Below, piece after piece: positions 8,921 through 18,004 of a stretch of DNA of 64,000 nucleotides. Each line of letters opens with the position of its first letter. The first letter of the stretch is position 1. The position numbers and the translations under genes are program-made. Below the pieces are notes generated by a model. That model had not been told where the DNA came from, did no database searches, and saw only the letters and a list, made by a program, of their open reading frames with translations. Source of the stretch: Candidatus Hydrogenedentota bacterium (GTDB lineage: Bacteria; Hydrogenedentota; Hydrogenedentia; Hydrogenedentales; SLHB01); the NCBI GenBank assembly GCA_963674865.2, contig CAXXYE010000007.1, positions 160,001-224,000 of the forward strand, written 5' to 3'.

Positions 8921-9805
8921 ATGCAAGATATGCGCGTTGCCGCCGTATCGACCCGCAACCGCATCGGCCAGCCCGTACGTGCCATCAGCGACATGACGCG
9001 CTGGGGCGAGAAGGCCCGCGAACGCGGCGCCGAGTTCATCCTCTTTCCCGAACTCAACGTGAGTGGCTACTTCCATTCCACCGAAGCCCTCCGCTTCTCC
9101 GAGCCCATCCCGGGCCCGTCCACTGAGGCTCTCGTCGACCTAGCCGCGCGCCTTGACGCCATCCTCTGCTTCGGCATCCTCGAGAACGAGGCCGATATCG
9201 CTTACAACACCCAGGTAGTCGTGAACGGCGGCGGCATTCTCGGCAAGCAGCGCAAGATTCACATGCCCGGCGTCGAGTATCTGTATTGGCGTGGCGGCTT
9301 CTCCATCGAGCCCATCGACGTAGGTAAGGCGCGCATCGGCATCGCCATCTGCTTCGACTCGCTCTTCATGGAGCAGGCCCGCACCCTGTTTCTCAAAGGC
9401 GCCGAGATTCTCGTTATGCCCTTCGCCTACGACACGAAAGGGCCTCGCAAGAACGCCCCCGAGCGTGATGTATCCGTCATGTCCTATCGAGTCAATTGCC
9501 ACTCCAACGGCTTCTTCGGCATCGTGGCCAACAACGCCGGCAGCCGGCGCAAGACGCAGCAGGAAGGCAGCAAGATCCGCTTTCCCGGCTGGGCGGGCGT
9601 CTTCGATCCCAACGGCGAAGTCATGGCGTGGACGAAGGGCCCGGGGAATGGCGAGGCCATGGTGGTCGCCGACCTCAAGGCTGAACGCCTCTACAACCGA
9701 CGCCGCAGCAGCTACTTCACACCGCGCTCGCTGCGGCCCTCCTGTTACGCCGCCATTACCGACGGAGAGCAGACGGGACGTTGCGAAGACCGGCGTGAGG
9801 CTTAG
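8921..9805 (+). CDS. Carbon-nitrogen hydrolase (nitrilase superfamily)
   Basis: Glu-Lys-Cys triad: FPEL, RKIH, ICFD. Confidence 0.9.
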   Translation: MQDMRVAAVSTRNRIGQPVRAISDMTRWGEKARERGAEFILFPELNVSGYFHSTEALRFSEPIPGPSTEALVDLAARLDAILCFGILENEADIAYNTQVVVNGGGILGKQRKIHMPGVEYLYWRGGFSIEPIDVGKARIGIAICFDSLFMEQARTLFLKGAEILVMPFAYDTKGPRKNAPERDVSVMSYRVNCHSNGFFGIVANNAGSRRKTQQEGSKIRFPGWAGVFDPNGEVMAWTKGPGNGEAMVVADLKAERLYNRRRSSYFTPRSLRPSCYAAITDGEQTGRCEDRREA

Positions 9806-10025
9806 GCTGTGTCTGAAGACTCGATTCTCCACCGACGGACAGGCCCGTTCATCGCGCGTCCAGTCGGGACCTCCATTGTGCCGGACAGAATCAGGCACAG
9901 CCTGCCGGGAGCGCCGCCTTCTCAGGCGGAACCTGGGCGTTCGCGCGTAGAACGCCATTGCCCGTCCCCGCGCTGTGCTCTATACTGGGGAAGGTAGATG
10001 AGCGAGGACTGGAAGGATTGACCTG

Positions 10026-10886
10026 ATGCGGCGGATAGACTCGGCGACAAAGCTTTGCGCGGTCATTGGAAATCCCGTTGAGCATTCGCTCTCTCCGCTC
10101 ATCCACAATGCCGGATTCGAAGCGAGAGGCCTCGATTTCGTCTACCTCGCGTTCCGCGTCTCCGATGTGGCCTCCTGTCTCACCGGTATGCGGGCCCTGC
10201 CGTCTTTCCGCGGAATGAGCGTCACCATTCCTCACAAGATGGCCGTCATGGAGCACCTCGACGAGATTGAGCCCATGGCCCGCCACGTCGGCTGCGTCAA
10301 CACCATCACCAATGACAACGGCAGGTTGATAGGCTCCACCACGGATGGCCCCGGGACCCTTCGCGCCTTTGAGGAGGCAGGAGTCTCGCTGGATGCCAAG
10401 AAGGTGCTCTTCATCGGCTCCGGGGGCGCGGTTCGGGCCGTTGCCTTCGCCGTAGCCGAACTCACCGGCGCCAGCCGCATCACCCTGATAGGGCGGACCC
10501 CGGAGCGTGTTCAGGCTATCGTTGACGACCTACAGGCCAAGACCGAGGCCCAGGTCGCATCCCTACTTTTGCCCGACGATCTGCCCGATGCCATGGATTC
10601 CCACGACATCATCATTCAAGGTACGCCCGTCGGGATGTTTCCCAACCCGGACGGGTCCTGCATTCCCAAAGACCTGCTTCGGCCGGGCCACACCGTGTTC
10701 GACATGGTCTACCGCCCCCACAGAACGCGCCTGATTCAGGAGGCAGAGGCCATCGGTTGCAAGACTATCGTCGGCATTGAAATGCTCGTTAACCAGGCAG
10801 TACTCCAATTTGAGCGCTGGACGGGACTGGCGGCGCCGCGCTGCGCCATGCATGACGCGGCCGTCAGTGCTTTGACGCGGAGCTAA
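10026..10886 (+). CDS. aroE: Shikimate dehydrogenase
   Basis: GNPVEHSLSPLIHN, SVTIPHK, GSGGAVRA, DMVYRP. Confidence 0.95.
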   Translation: MRRIDSATKLCAVIGNPVEHSLSPLIHNAGFEARGLDFVYLAFRVSDVASCLTGMRALPSFRGMSVTIPHKMAVMEHLDEIEPMARHVGCVNTITNDNGRLIGSTTDGPGTLRAFEEAGVSLDAKKVLFIGSGGAVRAVAFAVAELTGASRITLIGRTPERVQAIVDDLQAKTEAQVASLLLPDDLPDAMDSHDIIIQGTPVGMFPNPDGSCIPKDLLRPGHTVFDMVYRPHRTRLIQEAEAIGCKTIVGIEMLVNQAVLQFERWTGLAAPRCAMHDAAVSALTRS

Positions 10887-10910
10887 CGAGAACAAAAGGG
10901 AGGGGGAAGT

Positions 10911-11096
10911 ATGCGAGTACAGACGTTTCTCGGGAAAGTCGACGTGGAATCATTGCACCAAACCGATGAGCACATCAACGAATGGCTCAAGGCCCACCAG
11001 GCCGAGGTTAAGCTTGTTTCACAGTGTTTTGGATATGAGCGTAATCACGAAGGGGCGTGCCAAGACCCCGTTGTTGTTACCTCGATCTGGTATTGA
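10911..11096 (+). CDS. Small hypothetical protein (61 aa)
   Basis: Purine-rich SD (gggaggggg) before ATG; protein-like composition; directly follows aroE. Confidence 0.7.
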   Translation: MRVQTFLGKVDVESLHQTDEHINEWLKAHQAEVKLVSQCFGYERNHEGACQDPVVVTSIWY

Positions 11097-11455
11097 CCTT
11101 CGTGGGGCGATGGCGCACCACGTATGAGCGTCTAGCAATGCACCAGTACCGGACATACGGCGCTCCGGGCCGGCATCGCCTCATGCGAGCGGCTCTCCAA
11201 GTCCGGGCCATGGCTCAGTCGGTGCTCGCGGCCGGCTACCCGGAGCGTAGCGCCGCGGGCAACCTGACCGCGCTGTGTATCGCCGCAGCCGTCGGGCAAT
11301 TCGGCCGTGCCGCGCACTCGGCGCTTCTAACCGACTTCATCTCTTGAGGCATACTCACCCATTAGGTTAAGCCGCTCATCTTGGCAATGCCTTTGCCTCT
11401 AATGACTTGACGCGCGGCAAATTGGCAACCCGGTCACCGGGATATCGCTTGTGGC

Positions 11456-11484
11456 TTGAGGAGGTTAGCCAAGGGTGTTACAAT
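11456..11484 (+). promoter_or_regulatory. Putative sigma70 promoter for the EIIA gene
   Basis: TTGAGG-N17-TACAAT with TG extension. Confidence 0.55.
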
Positions 11485-11574
11485 GTTTATAGAGTTTTCT
11501 GTCTTTCGTATCTATAGCGACCTGTGCCGAGGCAGGGAGCGTTCCCTCGCTCGCACTAGAGAGGTTTCGGCCCG

Positions 11575-12405
11575 ATGATTCTGACGAAATACATTACGAA
11601 ATCCTGCATCATCCCAGAACTGGATGCTACCAACAAACCCGACGCGCTCAAGGAATTGACGCATCTTCTGTTCGACAAGAAGAAGATGAAGAGTGTCGGC
11701 ACCGCCCTCGACCAGGTCATGGCCCGCGAAGTCACGGAAAGCACGGGAATCGGTAAGGGAATCGCCGTGCCCCATGCCCGTGTCCCAGGCATGAAGGGGC
11801 TCGCTTGCGCCGTGGCGCGTGTCTCCGATGGCCTCGATTTCATGGCCGTAGACCGCAAACCCGTCCATCTCATCTTCCTGATCTGCTATCCCCCGACGCA
11901 ACAGACGACCTACCTCAACTTTGTGGCAACCGTCGTCAAATTGCTCAGTGATGCCGAGCATCTGAAAGCCATGCTCACGGCCGAGTCCGCCGATGAGATG
12001 CTCGATATCCTGAAGGAAGCGTCCGAGAACTTTGCCGAACGTCAAGAACAGCATCCCAAGAAGCTCAAGACGGACCCGGAAGCGGTGAAGGCAGACGATG
12101 CCCACGCCGATGTTATCCTATTGGCGCGGCTTCAGTTATGTCAGGAGATACTCGCTGCGACGAAGTCCGGCAAGGCGCAGGTCCGCAAGCGGATCGAGAA
12201 TATCCGCGCCCTCGTCGACCCGCGCATCCTCAAGCATTATGATCGCTTGACGAAGAGCAGGGCGCCCGGTTTGGTACCCGTCGAGGGCGATACGTGCCAA
12301 GGGTGCTTCATGAGATTGCCCTCGAAGTTTGTTCAGGAAGTTCGCCAGGATCCGAATCACATCCACACGTGTCCGAACTGCAGTCGGTACATTTACGTGG
12401 TCTGA
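11575..12405 (+). CDS. PTS EIIA (Ntr/fructose-type) domain fused to a C4-type zinc-ribbon domain
   Basis: RE..ESTGIGKGIAVPHAR (phospho-His); C-terminal CQGC...CPNCSR. Confidence 0.88.
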   Translation: MILTKYITKSCIIPELDATNKPDALKELTHLLFDKKKMKSVGTALDQVMAREVTESTGIGKGIAVPHARVPGMKGLACAVARVSDGLDFMAVDRKPVHLIFLICYPPTQQTTYLNFVATVVKLLSDAEHLKAMLTAESADEMLDILKEASENFAERQEQHPKKLKTDPEAVKADDAHADVILLARLQLCQEILAATKSGKAQVRKRIENIRALVDPRILKHYDRLTKSRAPGLVPVEGDTCQGCFMRLPSKFVQEVRQDPNHIHTCPNCSRYIYVV

Positions 12406-12485
12406 CGTCTTTCAGCCGCCGTGCGGTGTGGAACGGCGCTGAGGCGAGACAGCGCGTAGAGGCTTCCAAAGGAAGGGTAGGTGCT

Positions 12486-12935
12486 ATGTCTTACGGAAGA
12501 ACTGCGCAGATCCTCGCGAAGCAGGTGGGCCTATTCCACGGACTTAATCCCGAGGACGTGGCCAAGATCCTCTCCAAAGGCATGACGATGCACGTCCGCA
12601 AGGGCGAAACCATCTTCTACAAGGACACGACGGGCAACATGATGTTCGTCATTCTCGAAGGCCAAGTCGGGGTCTTTGACGGCGAAAAGCCCATCGCGAC
12701 GCTTACGGCGGGGGACATGTTCGGCGAGATGGCGCTGATCAACAATGCCCCCAGAAGCGCGACGGCGATTGCTGTGACGGACACGAACCTCTTCACGTTA
12801 AGCGAGGAAATCTTCCAGCGATTGCTCACCAAGCGTGTCGCCGTTCGTATTCTCCTCAATATTGTCGCCACCCTCAGCAAACGCCTGCGCGAAACCGACC
12901 GCAAACTCAAGGAAATCGAAACGCGCGCCGGCTGA
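12486..12935 (+). CDS. Stand-alone cyclic nucleotide-binding domain protein
   Basis: GETIF, GDMFGEMALI..PRSATA; no HTH. Confidence 0.88.
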   Translation: MSYGRTAQILAKQVGLFHGLNPEDVAKILSKGMTMHVRKGETIFYKDTTGNMMFVILEGQVGVFDGEKPIATLTAGDMFGEMALINNAPRSATAIAVTDTNLFTLSEEIFQRLLTKRVAVRILLNIVATLSKRLRETDRKLKEIETRAG

Positions 12936-13027
12936 GGAAGCCGGCCCATAGCTTCGTGCGGCCGGGAGTGGGGGAGGAGTCGGCGAGGTTGTGCCGCCGG
13001 CTGGCGGCAAGTACACTTGCCTTTCCT

Positions 13028-13774
13028 ATGGTTATTGACTGCCACGCCCATATCATGAACGCCGAGCAGACGCATCTTGCGCGCTTGCTCAATGGGGCCG
13101 ACCGCGCCGGAATCGAGAAGATCTGCATCTCCTCTCTCTCACGAAGATGGGATGAATTTCCCTCCGCTGCTCAGCTCGAGGAGGCGGCGTCGGACGTGCT
13201 TGACGCCTGCGCGGCCCATCCCGAGCGCCTCATTGGCGTTACCTACGTCAGCGCTGATCACGTGGACGACTCGCTGCGGCTCATCGACCGCTGCATCGCA
13301 AACGGCCCTTGCCGCGCCGTCAAGCTCTGGGTGTCTCAGTTCGCCGACGACCCACGCCTCAATCCCATCATCGAGCGGCTCATTGAGCTCGATGTGCCCG
13401 CTCTGGCGCACACCTGGATAAAGGCGACGGGCAACATGGCCAAGGAGTCCACCTGCCACCACGTGGTCGCCATGGCCAAACGCTATCCCGAGGCCAAGCT
13501 ATGGCTCGCCCATTGCAGCGGCCGATGGGAGGAAGTGGGGCGCATCGTCCGCGACTGCCCCAACGTCGCCGTGGACGTCTCCGGCGGCGAGCCGGAGGAC
13601 GGCATTGTCGAGTGCCTCGTCAAGGCGATGCCCGTCGAGCGCATCTTCTTCGGCTCCGACGCGCCCGGCCGCGGCTTCATTGTCCAGAAGGCCAAAGTCG
13701 TGGGGGCGGACATTCCGGAAAGCGACAAGGCCAAGATTCTCGGCGAAAACGTCCGGCGGTGGCTCCATGTTTGA
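13028..13774 (+). CDS. Amidohydrolase family protein (metal ligands intact)
   Basis: IDCHAH, LAH, LAHCSG, FGSD. Confidence 0.87.
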   Translation: MVIDCHAHIMNAEQTHLARLLNGADRAGIEKICISSLSRRWDEFPSAAQLEEAASDVLDACAAHPERLIGVTYVSADHVDDSLRLIDRCIANGPCRAVKLWVSQFADDPRLNPIIERLIELDVPALAHTWIKATGNMAKESTCHHVVAMAKRYPEAKLWLAHCSGRWEEVGRIVRDCPNVAVDVSGGEPEDGIVECLVKAMPVERIFFGSDAPGRGFIVQKAKVVGADIPESDKAKILGENVRRWLHV

Positions 13775-14519
13775 CATTAACGCGAAGCTCGGCCACTGGC
13801 CCTACCGGCCCGTTAGAGGCATCGAAGCTTTGCTGCGCGCCATGGACGCCTATGGCATCGAGCGCGCGGCCGTCTCATCGCTCAGCGCCGTCCATTTTCT
13901 GAATCCTCAAGATGGGAATGATGAGCTATTTCGACTTGTCGCCGCCCGCCGCGACAGGATGGTGCCGCTCGCCGTCATTAATGCCCGTTTCACCGGCTGG
14001 CAGGATGACCTCGCTGCGTGCCGAGTTGAGCACGGCGTCAAAGGGGTCGTACTTCATCCGAACTACCACGGCTTCTCGCTGGATGATCCCCTCCTCGGGG
14101 AACTGATGTCGGAGGCGGCGCGAGGCGCGTTTCCCGTGTGTGTCCAGGTGGGCCTCGATGATGTGCGGAGGCAGTTCAGGGACGCGCGCGTCGAAGACGT
14201 CCTCCCGGAGGCCGTCGGCGATTTCGCGCGCGCCCATCCGGATGTCAACATCATCGCCCTGGGCCTCAAGTTCGGACAGCCTGAGCGTACCGGCGATCCG
14301 CTTCCCGATAACCTCTTCTTCGATACGTCCAACTACGAGCGAATGGACGAGATTGAGGCCGCCGTCGAGCGTTTTGGCGCCGAAAAGCTCCTGTTCGGCA
14401 CGAATTTCCCCCTTTTCATGCCCCTAGCCAACGTAGACAAAGTTCGCAAGGCCGATATCGCCGAGTCGGCCCGCCAAGCGATCTCCGCGGGCAACGCCGC
14501 CCGGCTGCTCACTGTCTAG
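13767..14519 (+). CDS. Amidohydrolase-fold protein with degenerate metal site
   Basis: FDINAKLGHWP, LHPNYHG, FDTS, LLFGTNFP; overlaps the upstream gene by 8 nt. Confidence 0.82.
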   Translation: MFDINAKLGHWPYRPVRGIEALLRAMDAYGIERAAVSSLSAVHFLNPQDGNDELFRLVAARRDRMVPLAVINARFTGWQDDLAACRVEHGVKGVVLHPNYHGFSLDDPLLGELMSEAARGAFPVCVQVGLDDVRRQFRDARVEDVLPEAVGDFARAHPDVNIIALGLKFGQPERTGDPLPDNLFFDTSNYERMDEIEAAVERFGAEKLLFGTNFPLFMPLANVDKVRKADIAESARQAISAGNAARLLTV

Positions 14520-14718
14520 CTCTTTGAGCATGTGAAGGAATGCCGGAGGAAAAGGGGACATGTTCCAAGCGCCGTCCCCGGCGCGACTACGTGTACCCTT
14601 TTCCGGGCGCTACCGATTTCTTCACAAGCTCTTTGAGGTCGGCCGCGTTTGCCATCGGCCTTGCGGCCCTTCAGTCCCCTGAGCTACCATGCCGCAAACA
14701 CAACGGCTGAGGTGACGC

Positions 14719-15918
14719 ATGAAAGCAATTATCATGGCCGCGGGCAAGTCCACCCGCACCTATCCTCTGACGCTGACCCGCCCGAAACCGCTCCTCAAAG
14801 TCGCCAACAAGACAATCCTCGCCCATCAGTTGGATGCCCTTGCGGGAACCGTGGACACGGTAGTGCTTGTCGTGGGCTACATGAAGGAGCGCATTCAAGA
14901 AGTCTTCGGCGATCGGTACGGCGATTTGGCCCTCGAATACGTCTGCCAGGAAGAGCAACTGGGCACGGGCCACGCCATTCTGCAATGCGCCGACGCCATC
15001 CGTGACGCGCCCTTCATCGCCATGAACGGCGATGATTTCTACGCCCCGGAGGACCTGCGCGCCCTGGCCGCGGCCGATCAGGCGGCGCTCGTGAAACACG
15101 TGCCCGACCCCCGGCTCTCAGGCATCTACGAGGTCACCGACGGCAACCGCGTCGTCAGGCTCGTCGAGAAGCCTAAGGAGGTTTTCTCCACCCTCGCGAA
15201 CATCGGCGCCTACAGGTTCACGCCGGAGGTGTTCGAGGTGCTCCGAAGGACGGAGTTATCGCCGCGGGGCGAGATCGAGATCACCTCGGCCATTCAGACG
15301 CTCGCGGATGATAGCGATTTCCGCGTCATCGAGGCGCAAGGTTACTGGCTCGCCATCGGCTATCCCTGGCATCTCCTCGACGCAAACGCCTTCTTCCTCG
15401 AGCAGTTCCTCGAGCCGGTGATCCGTGGCGATGTCAGTTCCGCGGCCGAGCTGAACGGCCCCGTCGCCGTGGGCGAGGGCACGGTTATCCGCGCCGGAGT
15501 GGTTATCGACGGCCCCGTCTGCATCGGCAGCGGCTGCTCCATCGGGCCGAACTGCTGGATTCGCCCCGGCACGACCCTCGGAAACGGATGCCGCGTCGGC
15601 CAGGGCTCCGAGGTCAAGAACTCCATCCTCATGGACAGCGCGGCCGCGCCTCACCAGAACTACGTGGGCGATTCCGTCATCGGGGAGCACTCTAACCTCG
15701 GATGCGGCACGGTGACGGCCAACGTCCGGCACGACGGGACGGAGCCGCGCTCCATGGTGAAGGGCGAACTCGTCTCCACCGGCCGGCGGAAGTGCGGCGC
15801 TTTCATCGGCGACAACGTCCACACCGGCATCCACACGTCCATCCTCGAGGGCCGCAAACTCTGGCCCAACACGATGACGCGCCCCGGCGAGGTCGTCGCG
15901 CGCGATATCGAAGCCTAG
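14719..15918 (+). CDS. Bifunctional sugar-1-phosphate nucleotidyltransferase/acetyltransferase (archaeal-type GlmU-like)
   Basis: AAGKSTRTYPLT..RPKPLL, LGTGHA, SPRGEIEIT, hexapeptide LbH tail with EVKNS and NYVGDS. Confidence 0.85.
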   Translation: MKAIIMAAGKSTRTYPLTLTRPKPLLKVANKTILAHQLDALAGTVDTVVLVVGYMKERIQEVFGDRYGDLALEYVCQEEQLGTGHAILQCADAIRDAPFIAMNGDDFYAPEDLRALAAADQAALVKHVPDPRLSGIYEVTDGNRVVRLVEKPKEVFSTLANIGAYRFTPEVFEVLRRTELSPRGEIEITSAIQTLADDSDFRVIEAQGYWLAIGYPWHLLDANAFFLEQFLEPVIRGDVSSAAELNGPVAVGEGTVIRAGVVIDGPVCIGSGCSIGPNCWIRPGTTLGNGCRVGQGSEVKNSILMDSAAAPHQNYVGDSVIGEHSNLGCGTVTANVRHDGTEPRSMVKGELVSTGRRKCGAFIGDNVHTGIHTSILEGRKLWPNTMTRPGEVVARDIEA

Positions 15919-15924
15919 TCCTGG

Positions 15925-18000
15925 CTACTGCGCCCGCGTGAGGATCACGCGCTGACGGGGAAGGTTCGCCCGGAGTTCCCGGCACATCTTGTAGGCGCCG
16001 TACGCTTCGCGCGGCGCGTCATGCGATTTGAGGACGTACCGATCCTCGAAACGCAGCATGCCGCCGGCCGAGCCTAACTGCGCCGAATAGGAGCAGATGG
16101 GGGAGTCGAACGGCTTGGCCTTGGGCGTTGAGTAGATGCGGAAGCCCTGGGGCAGGCGCACCGAGCCGCGCGTCACATCCAGTCCCACGCTATCCCATTG
16201 CAGGCCGTGTTCGCGCGTGGGCCGGCCCACGTCCTGAGCGCTGTACTTCATCGCAGGCAGGTCGAACAGCATGAGTTCCTCCCCGGCCTTGACGGCGTAG
16301 CCGGGAATCCGGCAGTTGAGCGTGATGAAAGGGGGCGCCGAAAGATCGGCCAGATCCGACACCTCGTAACCGCTCAAGACGGCCGCCGGATGAAGATAGC
16401 CGGCGAACTGCTGCATCCGCTTGCTGAGCTGCTCTTCGTTGAGATCCTTCATCCCGCGCATCCACGCGCCGCTATTGCCGCGTCCACTGAACGTCACCGC
16501 CAGCGTCAACGTCCCTTCCGTGTCAAGCGATGCCTCGAAGGCCGTCTCCGATTGCTCCTGCTCCGGTAGCGGGCTCTGCGTGTGCGTCAGCTTCGCGCCA
16601 CCCGCCGCCACAAGCAGCGCCGGAGCGCCTTGCATGACTCCGGGAAGCGCATCAAAAGCCAGGACATCACTTCCCGCGCTCGAGAAGATGCCCTGCTCGA
16701 CGAGATACACGGCCGACGTGTTCATGGACTTCAACGAAGGCACGGCGTCCGAAAGTGGGCCTTCCTCCCGATCTCGAACCAGGGCGAAGGCGCAGTCTAT
16801 CCCCGCAGCCTCGAGCATCTTGAAGTACAGGAAGTTCTTATCGAGCGCATTCGCCAGACTCCGCTTCGCCGTCTCCGCCGGTGCATGCGGCACGATGCGG
16901 TAGTGCCATTGCGGAATCGGCAGCGTCCGCACATTCCGCGCCACTGAGCTGTGGATGGCCTCGACTCCGCCCTCCGCCGCCAAGGCCGACGCCTTCTCGG
17001 CCAATTCCGGCGGCAGCGACGCCACGTTTGTCAAGGCCTCGGCGTAAGCGTGCCCGGCCTTTGCCCAATCGCATGCGTCTCCCAAGGTAAGCGTCGGCAC
17101 GAAGGCGCGCGAGGGCGGCATTAGCGGCTCGGGGACGATGCCCCGCTGCGGCTCGGACAACGACCACGTCTGCCTCACGAGGCCTCCGGCCACCTCACGT
17201 TCGTGCTGGATCACGGCGGGCCCATCGAGCCCCGCGGCGACGGCCCCCTCGTCCTCCTGCCGGGTGATAAGGATTACTTCCTTGCGCAGGATGGGCTGAG
17301 CGCGGCGGAATCGCTGCTCGGTGTAGAACGGCTCCAGGACTCCCGAGCGCGTCCGTACGAGCGTCGTCTGGACGTCCAGGATGTTTCCGGGGCGCGGCTC
17401 CTTGCAGACGAAGCGATAACGCGACAGGCGGCTGTATTCCGGCTGGGCCGCGTGGATGGACTCGTTCTTCAGGGCCGCATCGCTCAGGTGGAGCACACGG
17501 CCGTCGGCGGTGATGGTGAGGGCAAAGTCGATATCCGGCTCATCCAAGTCGTCCAGGTACCAGAGGCTCTGATTGGCCGCGTCCTCGCCGCGCTGCTCGA
17601 GCACTTTGGTGATCGTGCGCGCCGTGATAACAATCACTCCCAGCCGGCTGAGGTCGAACGTGCGGCGTTCGAGCAGCGTAACCGATCCGGCCGCGGGGAA
17701 GTCCTGCTCCGAGGGCTGCGCGGCGAGACACGCCTTGAGATCGGCATCGGTGATCTCGTCCACCGTCGCCACGTCGTCAAAGGCGCGTTCCCGCTGAACC
17801 TGGAGCTTCACTAACTCGCCCTTCTTATACGTGTGCTCGCCCTCTCTACCGGTGAAAACGACGGCGTGCTGTCCGATGCGCTCGATGTGCCCTTCTTCCT
17901 GTTCACCATTTCGCAGGTATAGCGTGTCGCCTGTGGCGGCGACGCACAGCCACGCCGTGAAGACCCCCGCCAAGGCCAGCATTCGCAGATGCCCTTTCAT
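15925..18000 (-). CDS. Secreted DUF3857/transglutaminase-like protein (catalytic Cys absent)
   Basis: Signal peptide; collinear with the neighbouring paralogue; ANALDKN in place of GDCxDKA. Confidence 0.75.
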   Translation of the reverse strand: MKGHLRMLALAGVFTAWLCVAATGDTLYLRNGEQEEGHIERIGQHAVVFTGREGEHTYKKGELVKLQVQRERAFDDVATVDEITDADLKACLAAQPSEQDFPAAGSVTLLERRTFDLSRLGVIVITARTITKVLEQRGEDAANQSLWYLDDLDEPDIDFALTITADGRVLHLSDAALKNESIHAAQPEYSRLSRYRFVCKEPRPGNILDVQTTLVRTRSGVLEPFYTEQRFRRAQPILRKEVILITRQEDEGAVAAGLDGPAVIQHEREVAGGLVRQTWSLSEPQRGIVPEPLMPPSRAFVPTLTLGDACDWAKAGHAYAEALTNVASLPPELAEKASALAAEGGVEAIHSSVARNVRTLPIPQWHYRIVPHAPAETAKRSLANALDKNFLYFKMLEAAGIDCAFALVRDREEGPLSDAVPSLKSMNTSAVYLVEQGIFSSAGSDVLAFDALPGVMQGAPALLVAAGGAKLTHTQSPLPEQEQSETAFEASLDTEGTLTLAVTFSGRGNSGAWMRGMKDLNEEQLSKRMQQFAGYLHPAAVLSGYEVSDLADLSAPPFITLNCRIPGYAVKAGEELMLFDLPAMKYSAQDVGRPTREHGLQWDSVGLDVTRGSVRLPQGFRIYSTPKAKPFDSPICSYSAQLGSAGGMLRFEDRYVLKSHDAPREAYGAYKMCRELRANLPRQRVILTRAQ

Positions 18001-18004
18001 GTGC

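Noticed and set aside
11097..11450. ncRNA or small gene between the 61-aa ORF and the EIIA gene
   Set aside because: No recognisable RNA family or convincing ORF; GC-rich pairing is expected by chance.
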